Source: Candidatus Aminicenantes bacterium (GTDB lineage: Bacteria; Acidobacteriota; Aminicenantia; Aminicenantales; Saccharicenantaceae). Taken from it: a stretch of DNA of 64,000 bases. The notes below the pieces were generated by a model. The model saw only the letters and a program-made list of their open reading frames with translations, ran no database searches and was not told where the DNA came from. The stretch's first letter is position 1. Every line of letters starts with the position of its first letter. The translations under genes and the position numbers were made by a program. The DNA lies in assembly GCA_963742235.1 (NCBI GenBank), contig CAVULT010000005.1, positions 36,508-100,507 of the forward strand, in the 5' to 3' direction. Positions 11,069 to 19,298 of the stretch are shown piece by piece.

Positions 11069-11851
11069 ATGACACTCAAAAAGAAATTGAGCCTGGGCCT
11101 GGGGTTCCTCTTCCTGATCATCTTTGTCCTGGCGTTCGTCTGTTCCTATTATATCGGCGAGCTCTCGCGGGACGCCGGGAACATCCTGAAGGACAACTAT
11201 AAGTCCCTCGTCTTCTCCAGGAACATGATCGCGGCGCTCGAGGACACTCGGACGGCTGTCACCAGCATCGTCTTCAATCCGGCCGATGACCAGAAGACGT
11301 CCGACTACTTCATGAAGCTCTTCGAGGCCGGCCGGACTGAATTCGAGAACAGCCTCAAGTCCGAAAACGGCAACATCACCGAGATCCACGAAAGCGAATA
11401 CGTGGCCACGGTCAACCAGGTCTATGTCTTGTACGCCAACCTCGGCCTCCGGCTGATCAAGGGAGAGGGCGGCCGGGCCCTTTATTTCAACGAATACCAG
11501 CCGGCCTTCGAAAAGCTCTCCCAGGCCATCAATGCCATCAACGATCTTAACATGCAGGCGGTCGAGCGGAAGAGCCGGATGGCCAAGGATGATTCCGTCA
11601 GGATCATCCGCCTCATGGCCCTGATCGGGGTCTTTGGCCTCATCCTGGCGTTCGGCTATTTCTGGTACTTCCCCTTCTACATCTCCAACACGATCGCCTA
11701 TCTCGCGGAAAGAATGAAAACGCTCCTCGAAAAATCCGGCATCGTCCTCGACATCAAGACGAACGACGAGGCCTTCGTCATTCTGCAGGGGATCAACCTG
11801 TTGGAGAGCAGACTCGGGCTGAAGGACAAGGGGGAAGCGCAAGAGCGATGA
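11069..11851 (+). CDS. Membrane sensor module (four-helix-bundle sensor, 2 TM, HAMP-like segment) with no output domain; paralog of the N-terminus of kinase 2977..4815
   Basis: The N-terminus MTLKKKLSLGLGFLFLIIFVLAF...ILKDNYKSLVFSRNMIAALE parallels MLGLRQKISLGFSALLVIIIVIG...ILRENYRSVIACQQMKEALE of the kinase. The second TM is followed by a HAMP-like PFYISNTIAYLAERMK...NDEAFVILQGINLLESRL, and the protein then ends. Confidence 0.7.
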   Translation: MTLKKKLSLGLGFLFLIIFVLAFVCSYYIGELSRDAGNILKDNYKSLVFSRNMIAALEDTRTAVTSIVFNPADDQKTSDYFMKLFEAGRTEFENSLKSENGNITEIHESEYVATVNQVYVLYANLGLRLIKGEGGRALYFNEYQPAFEKLSQAINAINDLNMQAVERKSRMAKDDSVRIIRLMALIGVFGLILAFGYFWYFPFYISNTIAYLAERMKTLLEKSGIVLDIKTNDEAFVILQGINLLESRLGLKDKGEAQER

Positions 11852-11933
11852 TCTCCGCTCTGGGCGGCAAAGGATGGAGTTGAAAAACCGCTCCGTTTCC
11901 GCTAATTTGGAAATAGAGGGAATGGGAGGTCAT

Positions 11934-12221
11934 ATGAAAAAAGCTGCGTTCTTGATTCTCTTGGGTGTCATTTCGGTTCTTCTCGCCGACTGCATTGTCA
12001 CCTATCCGACGTTCGGTCCTCCCGAGATGAGGGCGGAAGTCATTGTCGGAGGCCCCAGACCCGGATACGTTTGGATAGGTGGGCACTGGGGATGGTCGGG
12101 CGGCAACTATGTCTGGACCAAGGGGTACTGGGCCAAGGCCAAGCATGGGCGGACCTGGGAGCCCGGACGCTGGGAACAGAGGGGCCGGAAGTGGGCCTGG
12201 CGGGACGGCCGCTGGCGATAG
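11934..12221 (+). CDS. Small lipoprotein with YXWGXW-type repeats
   Basis: RBS GGGAGG precedes ATG 11934. Lipobox LLADC. Repeats YVWIGGHWGW, NYVWTKGYWAK, WEPGRWE and KWAWRDGRW. Confidence 0.6.
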   Translation: MKKAAFLILLGVISVLLADCIVTYPTFGPPEMRAEVIVGGPRPGYVWIGGHWGWSGGNYVWTKGYWAKAKHGRTWEPGRWEQRGRKWAWRDGRWR

Positions 12222-14267
12222 CTATTTCTTGTCCGGTAGGGCAGCGGCCCGATCGACGGCGGCGGCCAGGTCCCTGAGGGTCAGGGGTTTCATGACGACC
12301 TCGCTCACGCCTGCCTCCCGGAGGGAATCCTCGTCGACCGACTTGCTGTAGCCCGTGGTCAGGATGATCGGAAGGTCGGGGCTGATCCTCCGCAGCTTAG
12401 CGGCCAGCTCGAGGCCGCTCATTTGGGGCATGGTCTGATCGACGACGGCCAGGTCGAAATTCTGGGGCCCGGTGCGGAAAAGCGCCAGCGCCCCGGCGGC
12501 GTTCCTGACCGCTGTCGGCTTATGACCAAATGATTCCAGGGCCCGCCGCATGGTATCGAGGACCATATCTTCGTCGTCGACGAGGAGAATGCGCCGGCTC
12601 TGGACGGCAGGGCCCCTGTCCCGAGCCCGGCGATCGCCCGCCGGCGCGACCTCGTCCGCCGTCGGGAGATAAACGCTCACGTCGGTCCCGCGGCCCACGC
12701 CGCTCTCGACGGTGATGGCCCCCCCATGGCTTTTGACGATCCCGTGGACGACCGAAAGCCCGATCCCCGTTCCCTTGCCCGCCTCCTTGGTCGTGAAAAA
12801 AGGATCGAAGATCCGATCGAGATTCTGGGGCGGTATGCCGCAGCCCGTATCTTTGACCGTCAGCCTCACGTAGGGCCCCGGGGGGACGTCGAGGAGAAAG
12901 TCTTTCGCGTCAAGATCGACGCTGGCGAGCGAAACCTCCAGGACCCCGCCCCGCTCGGCCATGGCGTCGACGGCGTTCGCGCACAGGTTGGTGACCAGCT
13001 CGTGGATCTCCGTCGGGTCTCCGCTCACTGTATCCTTAGGTTTATCCGCAACATAGCGCATCTCGATCGAGGCCGGCAAGGACGGCTTGATGAGCGTCAA
13101 GGCTTCGTCGACGACGGGTTGGATGCGGATGGCCCGGAGGTTCTGCTTCGTTTGGCGGGTGAACGACAGGATCTTCTTGACCAGGTCCCTCTGGCGGTAG
13201 GCCGCCTGGAGGATATTCTTCAGCATCGCGTGGTTCGGGGTGCCCGGTTCCGTCTCGCCGAGGAGCAGCTCGGCATTGACGACGATGGGCAGGAGGATGT
13301 TGTTCAGGTCGTGGGCGACGCCGCCAGCCAGCCGTCCGAGGGCCTCGGTGCGTTCCATCTGGCGAATCGTCTGCTCGAGCTTCATGGCGTGCGTGACATC
13401 GCGGAAGAAGACGATATAGCTCGAGATGGCCCCGGTTTGGCTCCTCAGGGGGACCACGGAGACATCCAGATCGATGGGCTTCCCGTCTTTCCGGATCCTG
13501 CCGACGTGGCCTTTCCAAATCCCCTCATTCGCGAGGACTCTCCTGACGTCTGCGACGGTCTCCGCTCCGAATCGTTCCTGGCCGGTTCCGACAAGCTCGC
13601 TGTCCGCGTACCCCGTGATCTTTTGGCAGGCCGGATTGGCGTAGATGATCTCTCCGGCCGGGTTCAGGATCATGACGCCGTCGACGGCCTGGGAAACCAC
13701 GGCCGCCAACCGCGTCAGCTCCTCCTGCGTCCGCTTTTGCTCGGTCATGTCGGCGATGACGCCGGACAGGGCGCGGATGCCTTGGATCGACATGGGCGCA
13801 AGGGACAGACGGGCCTGGAGGCGTCCGCCGGACGCCTTGAGGAATTCCACATCCGCGCGAGCGGTTTCTTTTTCGGCCTTGGCCACGAGCCGCTCCAGGT
13901 CTTCCAGAGCTGACGGCGCCGCCCGGCTGAAGAGGTTGTCCCCAAGGAGCTCCTCCAGGGAGACGTCCAGCATGGCCGCGAATTGCCTGTTGGCATAGAT
14001 AATGAAACCGTCGGGGCGGATGGTCACGGTCCCTTCGCCCATATTTTCGACGATCATCCGATAGGGGCGATCGGCGTCCTTCAGGGTATAGACCTGGTCG
14101 CCGAGCGGCCCCTTGATGACCAGGGCATCGACTTCGCCCATGCGAATGGCGTTCAGGCTCTCTTCGGCCTCCTCCAGGCGCCGCCTGAGCGCGGCGGTCT
14201 CGCGACGAGGACTGTCCAGGTCGAGGGCCTGATCCGTCACCGGCCGTCCCGCTTTCGATCCAGCCAT
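12222..14267 (-). CDS. Hybrid sensor histidine kinase (coiled coil, 2 PAS, HisKA, HATPase_c, C-terminal receiver)
   Basis: H-box GGVAHDLNNIL. G-boxes DTGCGIP and GTGIGLSVV. Receiver ILLVDDE...LAVVDQTMPQMSG...KP. RBS GGAGGA. It is the last gene of the kai operon. Confidence 0.9.
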   Translation of the reverse strand: MAGSKAGRPVTDQALDLDSPRRETAALRRRLEEAEESLNAIRMGEVDALVIKGPLGDQVYTLKDADRPYRMIVENMGEGTVTIRPDGFIIYANRQFAAMLDVSLEELLGDNLFSRAAPSALEDLERLVAKAEKETARADVEFLKASGGRLQARLSLAPMSIQGIRALSGVIADMTEQKRTQEELTRLAAVVSQAVDGVMILNPAGEIIYANPACQKITGYADSELVGTGQERFGAETVADVRRVLANEGIWKGHVGRIRKDGKPIDLDVSVVPLRSQTGAISSYIVFFRDVTHAMKLEQTIRQMERTEALGRLAGGVAHDLNNILLPIVVNAELLLGETEPGTPNHAMLKNILQAAYRQRDLVKKILSFTRQTKQNLRAIRIQPVVDEALTLIKPSLPASIEMRYVADKPKDTVSGDPTEIHELVTNLCANAVDAMAERGGVLEVSLASVDLDAKDFLLDVPPGPYVRLTVKDTGCGIPPQNLDRIFDPFFTTKEAGKGTGIGLSVVHGIVKSHGGAITVESGVGRGTDVSVYLPTADEVAPAGDRRARDRGPAVQSRRILLVDDEDMVLDTMRRALESFGHKPTAVRNAAGALALFRTGPQNFDLAVVDQTMPQMSGLELAAKLRRISPDLPIILTTGYSKSVDEDSLREAGVSEVVMKPLTLRDLAAAVDRAAALPDKK

Positions 14268-14297
14268 GGCTCAATCCTCCGGGCTAACGCCTGTCTC

Positions 14298-14723
14298 TCA
14301 GAGGTCCTTCTTTTTGGGCAAGAGATCCAACCCGACCAGAATCTTCTCGGTCTGCGAGAGGTCGCCGATGAAGGTCCGGAGCGGCAGTGGCAGCTTCCGG
14401 ATCAGCGTCGGGGCCACGACGAGCTGCTCCTTCGCGGCCAGCTCGGGTTGCTGGTAGATATCGATGATCTTCAGCCGGTAGCGTCCCTTGAGATGCTTCT
14501 CGCAAATGCGCTTGATGTTCTCGATGGCCATGACGGACCGCGGCGTCGTGCCGGTCACGTAAAGCCTCAGGAGGTACGTCCTGGCGTCATCCGAGCTCAG
14601 GGCTTTTTCGAAGGCCCCGGACCTGTTCCCGGGATTGCTTCTCTTGGCTTGGCGCGGCGCTTTTCCTGTCACGATGTTCCCCCGCTTCCGTTGACCCCTT
14701 GGATGGGCCATAGAAGCCGTCAT
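14298..14723 (-). CDS. kaiB: KaiB paralog with a roughly 45-aa basic N-terminal extension
   Basis: KaiB core [76 protein letters not shown] 14723 overlaps the upstream kaiB stop (ATGA). ATG 14711 is an alternative start. The 230-aa track ORF is an over-extension. Confidence 0.8.
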   Translation of the reverse strand: MTASMAHPRGQRKRGNIVTGKAPRQAKRSNPGNRSGAFEKALSSDDARTYLLRLYVTGTTPRSVMAIENIKRICEKHLKGRYRLKIIDIYQQPELAAKEQLVVAPTLIRKLPLPLRTFIGDLSQTEKILVGLDLLPKKKDL

Positions 14724-15019
14724 TGGCAGATCCTGATGTCGAGTCCCACCAGGACGCGCTCGGTATTGGAAAGATCCCCGATGATCTTCTTGATCGGCGT
14801 CGGCAGCTTCCGCACCAGCGTCGGGATGGCGAAGATCTGGTCTCCCCGGGCCAACTGCGGGTTCTCGACGAGATCGACGACCTCGATGCGATACTGTCCC
14901 GCCAGGTGCTCTTCGCAGATTTTCTTGAGGTTGGCGAACGCCACAAGCGATTTCGGCGTCTGCCCGGCGACGTACAGCCTGAGCTCCCACCGCTTCGCAC
15001 GTTTCTTCTGGGTCGGCAT
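14720..15019 (-). CDS. kaiB: Circadian clock protein KaiB homolog
   Basis: 99 aa with a thioredoxin-like KaiB signature: [72 protein letters not shown]. Confidence 0.9.
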   Translation of the reverse strand: MPTQKKRAKRWELRLYVAGQTPKSLVAFANLKKICEEHLAGQYRIEVVDLVENPQLARGDQIFAIPTLVRKLPTPIKKIIGDLSNTERVLVGLDIRICQ

Positions 15020-15022
15020 CGT

Positions 15023-16786
15023 TCAGACCCTCCTTCTCGGCTCGCGCTTCCCGTCTGCGGGCTTCTCCGCGCTTTCTCCGTCCGCCTTCCGGCTCTTGGC
15101 CATGATCTCCCGATCTTCGTCTTGAACCCGAAGACCGTTCTTGGCGTAAGCAAGCTTCTGCCGGAGGTCGGTTTCGTCTCTCTCCACCTCGCCGCGGAGC
15201 CTGGCGATCTGGGCCTCGGCCTCGACGCGTTTTCGCTTGACGTCGGCTTCAAGCCGCTTGATCTCCCGCTGCTGCAAGCGTATCAGGTTCCTGTCTTCCG
15301 CTTCGCGAGAAGCCCGGGCTGAGCCGGTGAGGACGCCGGACGGCCCGAGGTAGACGTCGAGGAGGTCGATGCCCTTCGAGGACAGCACGAACTCGCGGAT
15401 CTGGTTCGAATGGGCCATGCCCCGTGATTTCAGGATATAGATGCCGCGGTTGCGCTCGCCGCCGATCTCGATATCCCTCAAAAAGATCCAAGTATCGGCC
15501 AGGGACGAGATGGAGACGGTTGTGGACTCGAGGTTCTCTCCCCCGGGCGTCAGGCTCGTGAACAGGCCCGTGGCGCCCCTGTTCTTCAGGAACGTGGAGA
15601 AGCGCATCAGCATGAGACGGACATCTCGCGTTGTCGCCACGGTCGTGAAGTTCGAGAGCGGATCCATCACCACGACCTTGGGGTCGAGGTCTTCGATTTG
15701 GCGCTGCATTGTGACGAGATGGGTCTCCAGTCCGTAGACGGTCGGGCGCGGCGCGTAGAACTTGAGCAGGCCTTTCTTGATGCAACGGTCAAGGTCGATG
15801 CCGATGGACTTCATATTCCGCATGACCTGGCCGGGGGATTCCTCGAACGTCAGGAAGACCGCGCGCTCTCCTCTGGCGCAGGCCGCTTCGACGAATTTGG
15901 CCGCGATGCTCGTTTTCCCCGTGCCGGCCGTCCCGGAGACGAGGATCATGCTGCCGCGATAGTAGCCCTTCCCGCCCAGCATGGCGTCGAGCCGCGGGAT
16001 GCCCGTTGAAACACGCTCCCGGCTCGCCGGGCGCTCGGAGTAGGCCAGGGAGGTGACGGGCAGGACCGAGATGCCGGTATCGGTGATGAGGAAGGGATAC
16101 TCGTTCGTGCCATGGGACGAGCCCCGGTATTTCAGCACTCGCAGACGGCGCGTCGGGACCTGGTCTTCCATCCTGTGGTCGAGAAGGATGACGCAGTCGG
16201 AGACGTATTCCTCGAGTCCCTCCCGGGTGAGGTGGCCGTTGCCGGCCTCCGCGGTGATGACGCTGGTCATCCCCTTTTCCTTGAGCCAGCCGAACAGGCG
16301 GCGCAGCTCCGCCCGGAGGATGCCGGCATTGGGCAAGCCGGCGAAAAGCGATTCGAGGGTGTCGAGGACGACGCGCTTGGCCCCGACCGATTCGATGGCG
16401 TGGTTGAGCCGGATGAACAGGCCCTCGAGGTCGTATTCGCCCGTTTCCTCGATCTCGTGGCGCTCAATCCTGACGTGGTCGATGACCAGCTTCTTCGTCG
16501 CCGCGAGCTTGTTCAGGTCGTAGCCGAGGGACTTGACGTTGGCCGCCAGCTCCTCCCCCGTCTCCTCGAAGGCCATGATGACGGCCGGCTCGTTGTATTC
16601 GGCGGCGCCCTTGACGGCGAATTCGATGCCCATGAGCGTCTTCCCCGTTCCAGGGGTGCCGACGATGAGGGTCGTCCGGCCGCGCGGGAATCCGCCGTCC
16701 GTCACTGCGTCGAGGCCTCGGATGCCTGTTGCGGCCTTTTCGAGGCCGGGGCCGAGAGCGCCTGCATTGGGTTTCTTCTTCGCCAT
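15023..16786 (-). CDS. kaiC: KaiC homolog (double RecA/P-loop domains) with a roughly 100-aa C-terminal coiled-coil extension
   Basis: Two Walker A motifs (GTPGTGKT, GTAGTGKT). Catalytic EE pairs (AFEETGEE, TFEESPGQ). The segment VSISSLADTWIFL is equivalent to the S/T phosphosite region. RBS GGAAGGAGAAAG precedes ATG 16786; the track start at 16873 is an over-extension. Confidence 0.9.
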   Translation of the reverse strand: MAKKKPNAGALGPGLEKAATGIRGLDAVTDGGFPRGRTTLIVGTPGTGKTLMGIEFAVKGAAEYNEPAVIMAFEETGEELAANVKSLGYDLNKLAATKKLVIDHVRIERHEIEETGEYDLEGLFIRLNHAIESVGAKRVVLDTLESLFAGLPNAGILRAELRRLFGWLKEKGMTSVITAEAGNGHLTREGLEEYVSDCVILLDHRMEDQVPTRRLRVLKYRGSSHGTNEYPFLITDTGISVLPVTSLAYSERPASRERVSTGIPRLDAMLGGKGYYRGSMILVSGTAGTGKTSIAAKFVEAACARGERAVFLTFEESPGQVMRNMKSIGIDLDRCIKKGLLKFYAPRPTVYGLETHLVTMQRQIEDLDPKVVVMDPLSNFTTVATTRDVRLMLMRFSTFLKNRGATGLFTSLTPGGENLESTTVSISSLADTWIFLRDIEIGGERNRGIYILKSRGMAHSNQIREFVLSSKGIDLLDVYLGPSGVLTGSARASREAEDRNLIRLQQREIKRLEADVKRKRVEAEAQIARLRGEVERDETDLRQKLAYAKNGLRVQDEDREIMAKSRKADGESAEKPADGKREPRRRV

Positions 16787-16872
16787 CGTCTTTCTCCTTC
16801 CCTCAGCGCCCATTGCGGCCGAGAAGAAAAGGGCCCCGTAAATGACGAGCTGGAGCCGGATACGGTAGGCCA

Positions 16873-16901
16873 ACTATATTCCGGGCCTTGGACAGAGTCA
16901 A
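16873..16901 (-). promoter_or_regulatory. Sigma-70-type promoter for the kai operon
   Basis: On the minus strand, TTGACT (16901-16896), a 17-nt spacer, then TATAGT (16878-16873). It lies about 85 nt upstream of the kaiC ATG. Confidence 0.45.
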
Positions 16902-17051
16902 GGACGGGGGGCCGTCTCAAAACGAGGGCGTGCCCCTGTTGCCATGCGCCAGAGAGCTGGGGCATCATACCAGGCCTAGCGTCCGCGCCGGTCCGGGTCC
17001 CCTCCATGTAGGGCCTGGCCGTGAGTACACAAAGAATTGATAATAAACATC

Positions 17052-17080
17052 TTGACAGATGCCCGGACATATGGAATATT
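17052..17080 (+). promoter_or_regulatory. Possible sigma-70-type promoter (divergent from kai)
   Basis: TTGACA (17052-17057), a 17-nt spacer, then AATATT (17075-17080), in the only AT-rich patch of a 0.7-kb gene-poor gap. Confidence 0.25.
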
Positions 17081-17122
17081 CGGAAACTCCGCGGGGCTTC
17101 GTGAAAAGGAAGGGCAGATATC

Positions 17123-17287
17123 GTGACCCTTATCCTCGCGGCCGGCTTCTTTTCTCTCCTCCCTCCCGTATACCTCCTCCGGCTGATGGCTGACGCCAGG
17201 AAGCTCGAGAGAAGGCTCGCGGGGCGCCAAACGGCTTACGGCGACCGTGCGCAGGTGACCGAAGGGCTCCCGATCCGGCACGATTAG
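17123..17287 (+). CDS. Hypothetical 54-aa membrane peptide (weak call)
   Basis: GTG start 9 nt after AGGAAGGG. The N-terminal hydrophobic stretch TLILAAGFFSLLPPVYLL is followed by a charged tail. No homolog recognised. Below the track cutoff. Confidence 0.2.
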   Translation: MTLILAAGFFSLLPPVYLLRLMADARKLERRLAGRQTAYGDRAQVTEGLPIRHD

Positions 17288-17495
17288 GGCGCCTGGCCGG
17301 AGGAATCCGGCACCCCTCCCCGGCCCCGGCAGACGGTCCTGAGGTCCAAGGTGAGGATCGCCTCTCCGGTTTTTTTCCCGAAACTCGACGGCCTGTCCGA
17401 CAAAATCTCATGGTGGCTGCGCCCGGTCGCGGGCGGCGTTCCTTGATTTAGCCCGGAGCGAGTGGTATTTTGGATGCCAAGTCCTCGCAGGTGAT

Positions 17496-18434
17496 ATGAA
17501 AAGCAAAGTCTTGGTTGTGTTCATCCTTGCCTCCCTGGCCGCCTGGCCGGGCAGGCAGGCCTTTGCCCAGGAGAAGGTCCAGGATCTGACCGCCCACGAA
17601 TATGTCGTCCGGGCCATCACGCTGGCCGTCACGGTCCAGGATTCCAGGGGGCGCTTCGTCAACAACCTGACCGAGAAGGACTTCACGATCTACGAGAACA
17701 ACAAGAAGAAGCCGATCACCTACTTCCTGCACGATTTCGGGGCCCCGCTCAGCCTGACCGTCCTCCTCGACGTCAGCGGCAGCATGGCCCTCGAAGGCAA
17801 GCTCGACGAGTGCAAGGCCGCCCTCCGCACCCTGGCCACCCGGCTGCTTCGGCCCCGCGACGAGATCGCCCTCCTCCTCTTCGCCGACGGGCAGGTCGAG
17901 GTGGCCGCCAAGCACGCGACGGACAAGAGCGAGTTCCTGCGGGTCCTCGATAAGACCGAAGCCTACGGTCAGACCGCCCTCAACGACGCCGTGGCCGTGT
18001 CGCCGGAGTTCGCGACCAGGGCCAAGAACGAGAAGCGGGCCCTCCTTCTCATCACCGACGGCATCGAGAACGACAGCCAGGCGACCCCGGAACAGGCCCT
18101 CGAGATCGCCCGGCGGGTCGATGTCCCCATCTATACGATCGGTTACAAGATCCCCCGCAACGAGCAGCTCGCCGCCCACAAGCGGGCGGCCAGCCTGACT
18201 TCGGCCGGGATCGTCGAGACCCTGGACAAGTTCTCCCAGGCCACGGGCGGCAAGGCCTGGTTCCTGAACGAGCCGACGGACCTGACCGAGGTCATCCAGG
18301 AGATCAGGAACGAGCAGAGCCACCAGTATATCATCGGCTACACGTCCTACCAGGATACGTCCGACCTCTACCGCTGGATCCGGGTGACGACGCCGAACCC
18401 CAGGCACAAGATCCGTACCCGCCAGGGGTACTGA
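17496..18434 (+). CDS. Secreted VWA-domain protein (VWFA-related Acidobacterial domain type)
   Basis: Signal peptide. MIDAS-like LLDVSGSM. Motifs GQTALNDAV and LLLITDGIEN. The C-terminal YIIGYTS...RWIRV...RTRQGY is typical of the TIGR03436 family. Confidence 0.85.
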   Translation: MKSKVLVVFILASLAAWPGRQAFAQEKVQDLTAHEYVVRAITLAVTVQDSRGRFVNNLTEKDFTIYENNKKKPITYFLHDFGAPLSLTVLLDVSGSMALEGKLDECKAALRTLATRLLRPRDEIALLLFADGQVEVAAKHATDKSEFLRVLDKTEAYGQTALNDAVAVSPEFATRAKNEKRALLLITDGIENDSQATPEQALEIARRVDVPIYTIGYKIPRNEQLAAHKRAASLTSAGIVETLDKFSQATGGKAWFLNEPTDLTEVIQEIRNEQSHQYIIGYTSYQDTSDLYRWIRVTTPNPRHKIRTRQGY

Positions 18435-18478
18435 GGCTGTCCGCCGCCTGTTGTCCGGGAACCCTGATATCCTCCCAA

Positions 18479-18509
18479 GGGGGTATTTTTCCCCCGGACC
18501 TTTATTTTT
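18479..18509 (+). terminator. Rho-independent terminator candidate after the VWA gene
   Basis: GGGGG-TATTTTT-CCCCC hairpin (18479-18495) followed by TTTATTTTT (18501-18509). Confidence 0.45.
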
Positions 18510-18600
18510 CCGGGGAAAAAGCATAAGATGGTCGCATGCGGGGTCGGGGTCGATCGGCGGCGCTCAGCCGCTCGTCAAGAATCATCAACAGGAGGTTCTC

Positions 18601-19236
18601 ATGAAGAACAGGAAGATTGTGTATCTCACGGGGTTCCTGCTTTTGGCCGCTCTCATCACCGGACCGGCCTGCGCCACGAAGAAGTTCGTCAAGACCGAAT
18701 CGGCGACGCTCGACCAGAAGATCTCGGGCGTCTCGACCGAGGTCGAGGCCAACCAGAAGCGGATCGCCGAGCACGACGAGAAGCTGGCCACGATCGGCTC
18801 GCTCATCTCCAAGCATGACGACCAGTTCAAGGCCGTCGAGGGCGAGATCGGCGAGGTCAAGACCCTCATCAAGGGCAACCTCGTCATGACCGCCACGCTG
18901 AAGAATGACGAGGCCAAGTTCGCCTTCAATGACGCCACGCTCACCCCCGCGGCCAAGGGTGTTCTCGACGCCTTCGTCCAGAGGCTCGTCACGGAGAACA
19001 AGGGCGTCTACATCGAGATCCAGGGCCACACCGACAACACCGGCGGCGATGAGATCAACATGGCCCTCGGCCAGAAGCGGGCCGAAGCGGTGCTGATGTA
19101 CCTTTACAAGACCTACAAGATCCCGCTCTACCGCATGTCGGCCATCAGCCTGGGCAGCTCCATGCCCGTCGCCGACAACGGGACGCGCGACGGCCGCAGC
19201 CAGAACAGGCGGGTCGAGATCCTCGTCTACGAATAA
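18601..19236 (+). CDS. OmpA-family lipoprotein with a coiled-coil N-domain
   Basis: RBS AGGAGG precedes ATG 18601. Lipobox ITGPAC. OmpA_C motifs GHTDNTGGDEINMALGQKRAEAV and NRRVEILV. Confidence 0.85.
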   Translation: MKNRKIVYLTGFLLLAALITGPACATKKFVKTESATLDQKISGVSTEVEANQKRIAEHDEKLATIGSLISKHDDQFKAVEGEIGEVKTLIKGNLVMTATLKNDEAKFAFNDATLTPAAKGVLDAFVQRLVTENKGVYIEIQGHTDNTGGDEINMALGQKRAEAVLMYLYKTYKIPLYRMSAISLGSSMPVADNGTRDGRSQNRRVEILVYE

Positions 19237-19266
19237 GAGCGCGAGTCCAGGAATTTCCTCACCGGG

Positions 19267-19290
19267 GGCAGGGCCTCTAAAGGCCTTGCC
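19267..19290. terminator. Hairpin between convergent genes (bidirectional terminator candidate)
   Basis: GGCAGGGCC-TCTAAA-GGCCTTGCC forms a 9-bp stem with one G-U pair. It lies between the OmpA stop (19236) and the M6 protease stop (19299). Confidence 0.4.
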
Positions 19291-19298
19291 TCCGGCCT

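Noticed and set aside
14298-14990. 230-aa ORF spanning both kaiB genes
   Set aside because: The upstream 90 aa overlap kaiB-1 in a different frame and are Arg/Pro/Gly-rich. The KaiB fold begins only after the ATGA junction at 14723.
16702-17411. Minus-strand ORFs 16702..17070, 16976..17281 and 17130..17411 in the kaiC upstream spacer
   Set aside because: They overlap each other and the kaiC start or promoter. They have Arg/Pro/Gly-rich composition, no RBS and no recognisable domains.
17463-17477. TGGTAT-N5-ATGCC, a GG-N10-GC match upstream of the VWA gene
   Set aside because: The -12 element deviates from the consensus (ATGC instead of TTGC). The implied start site would fall inside or after the RBS, only about 7 nt before the ATG at 17496.
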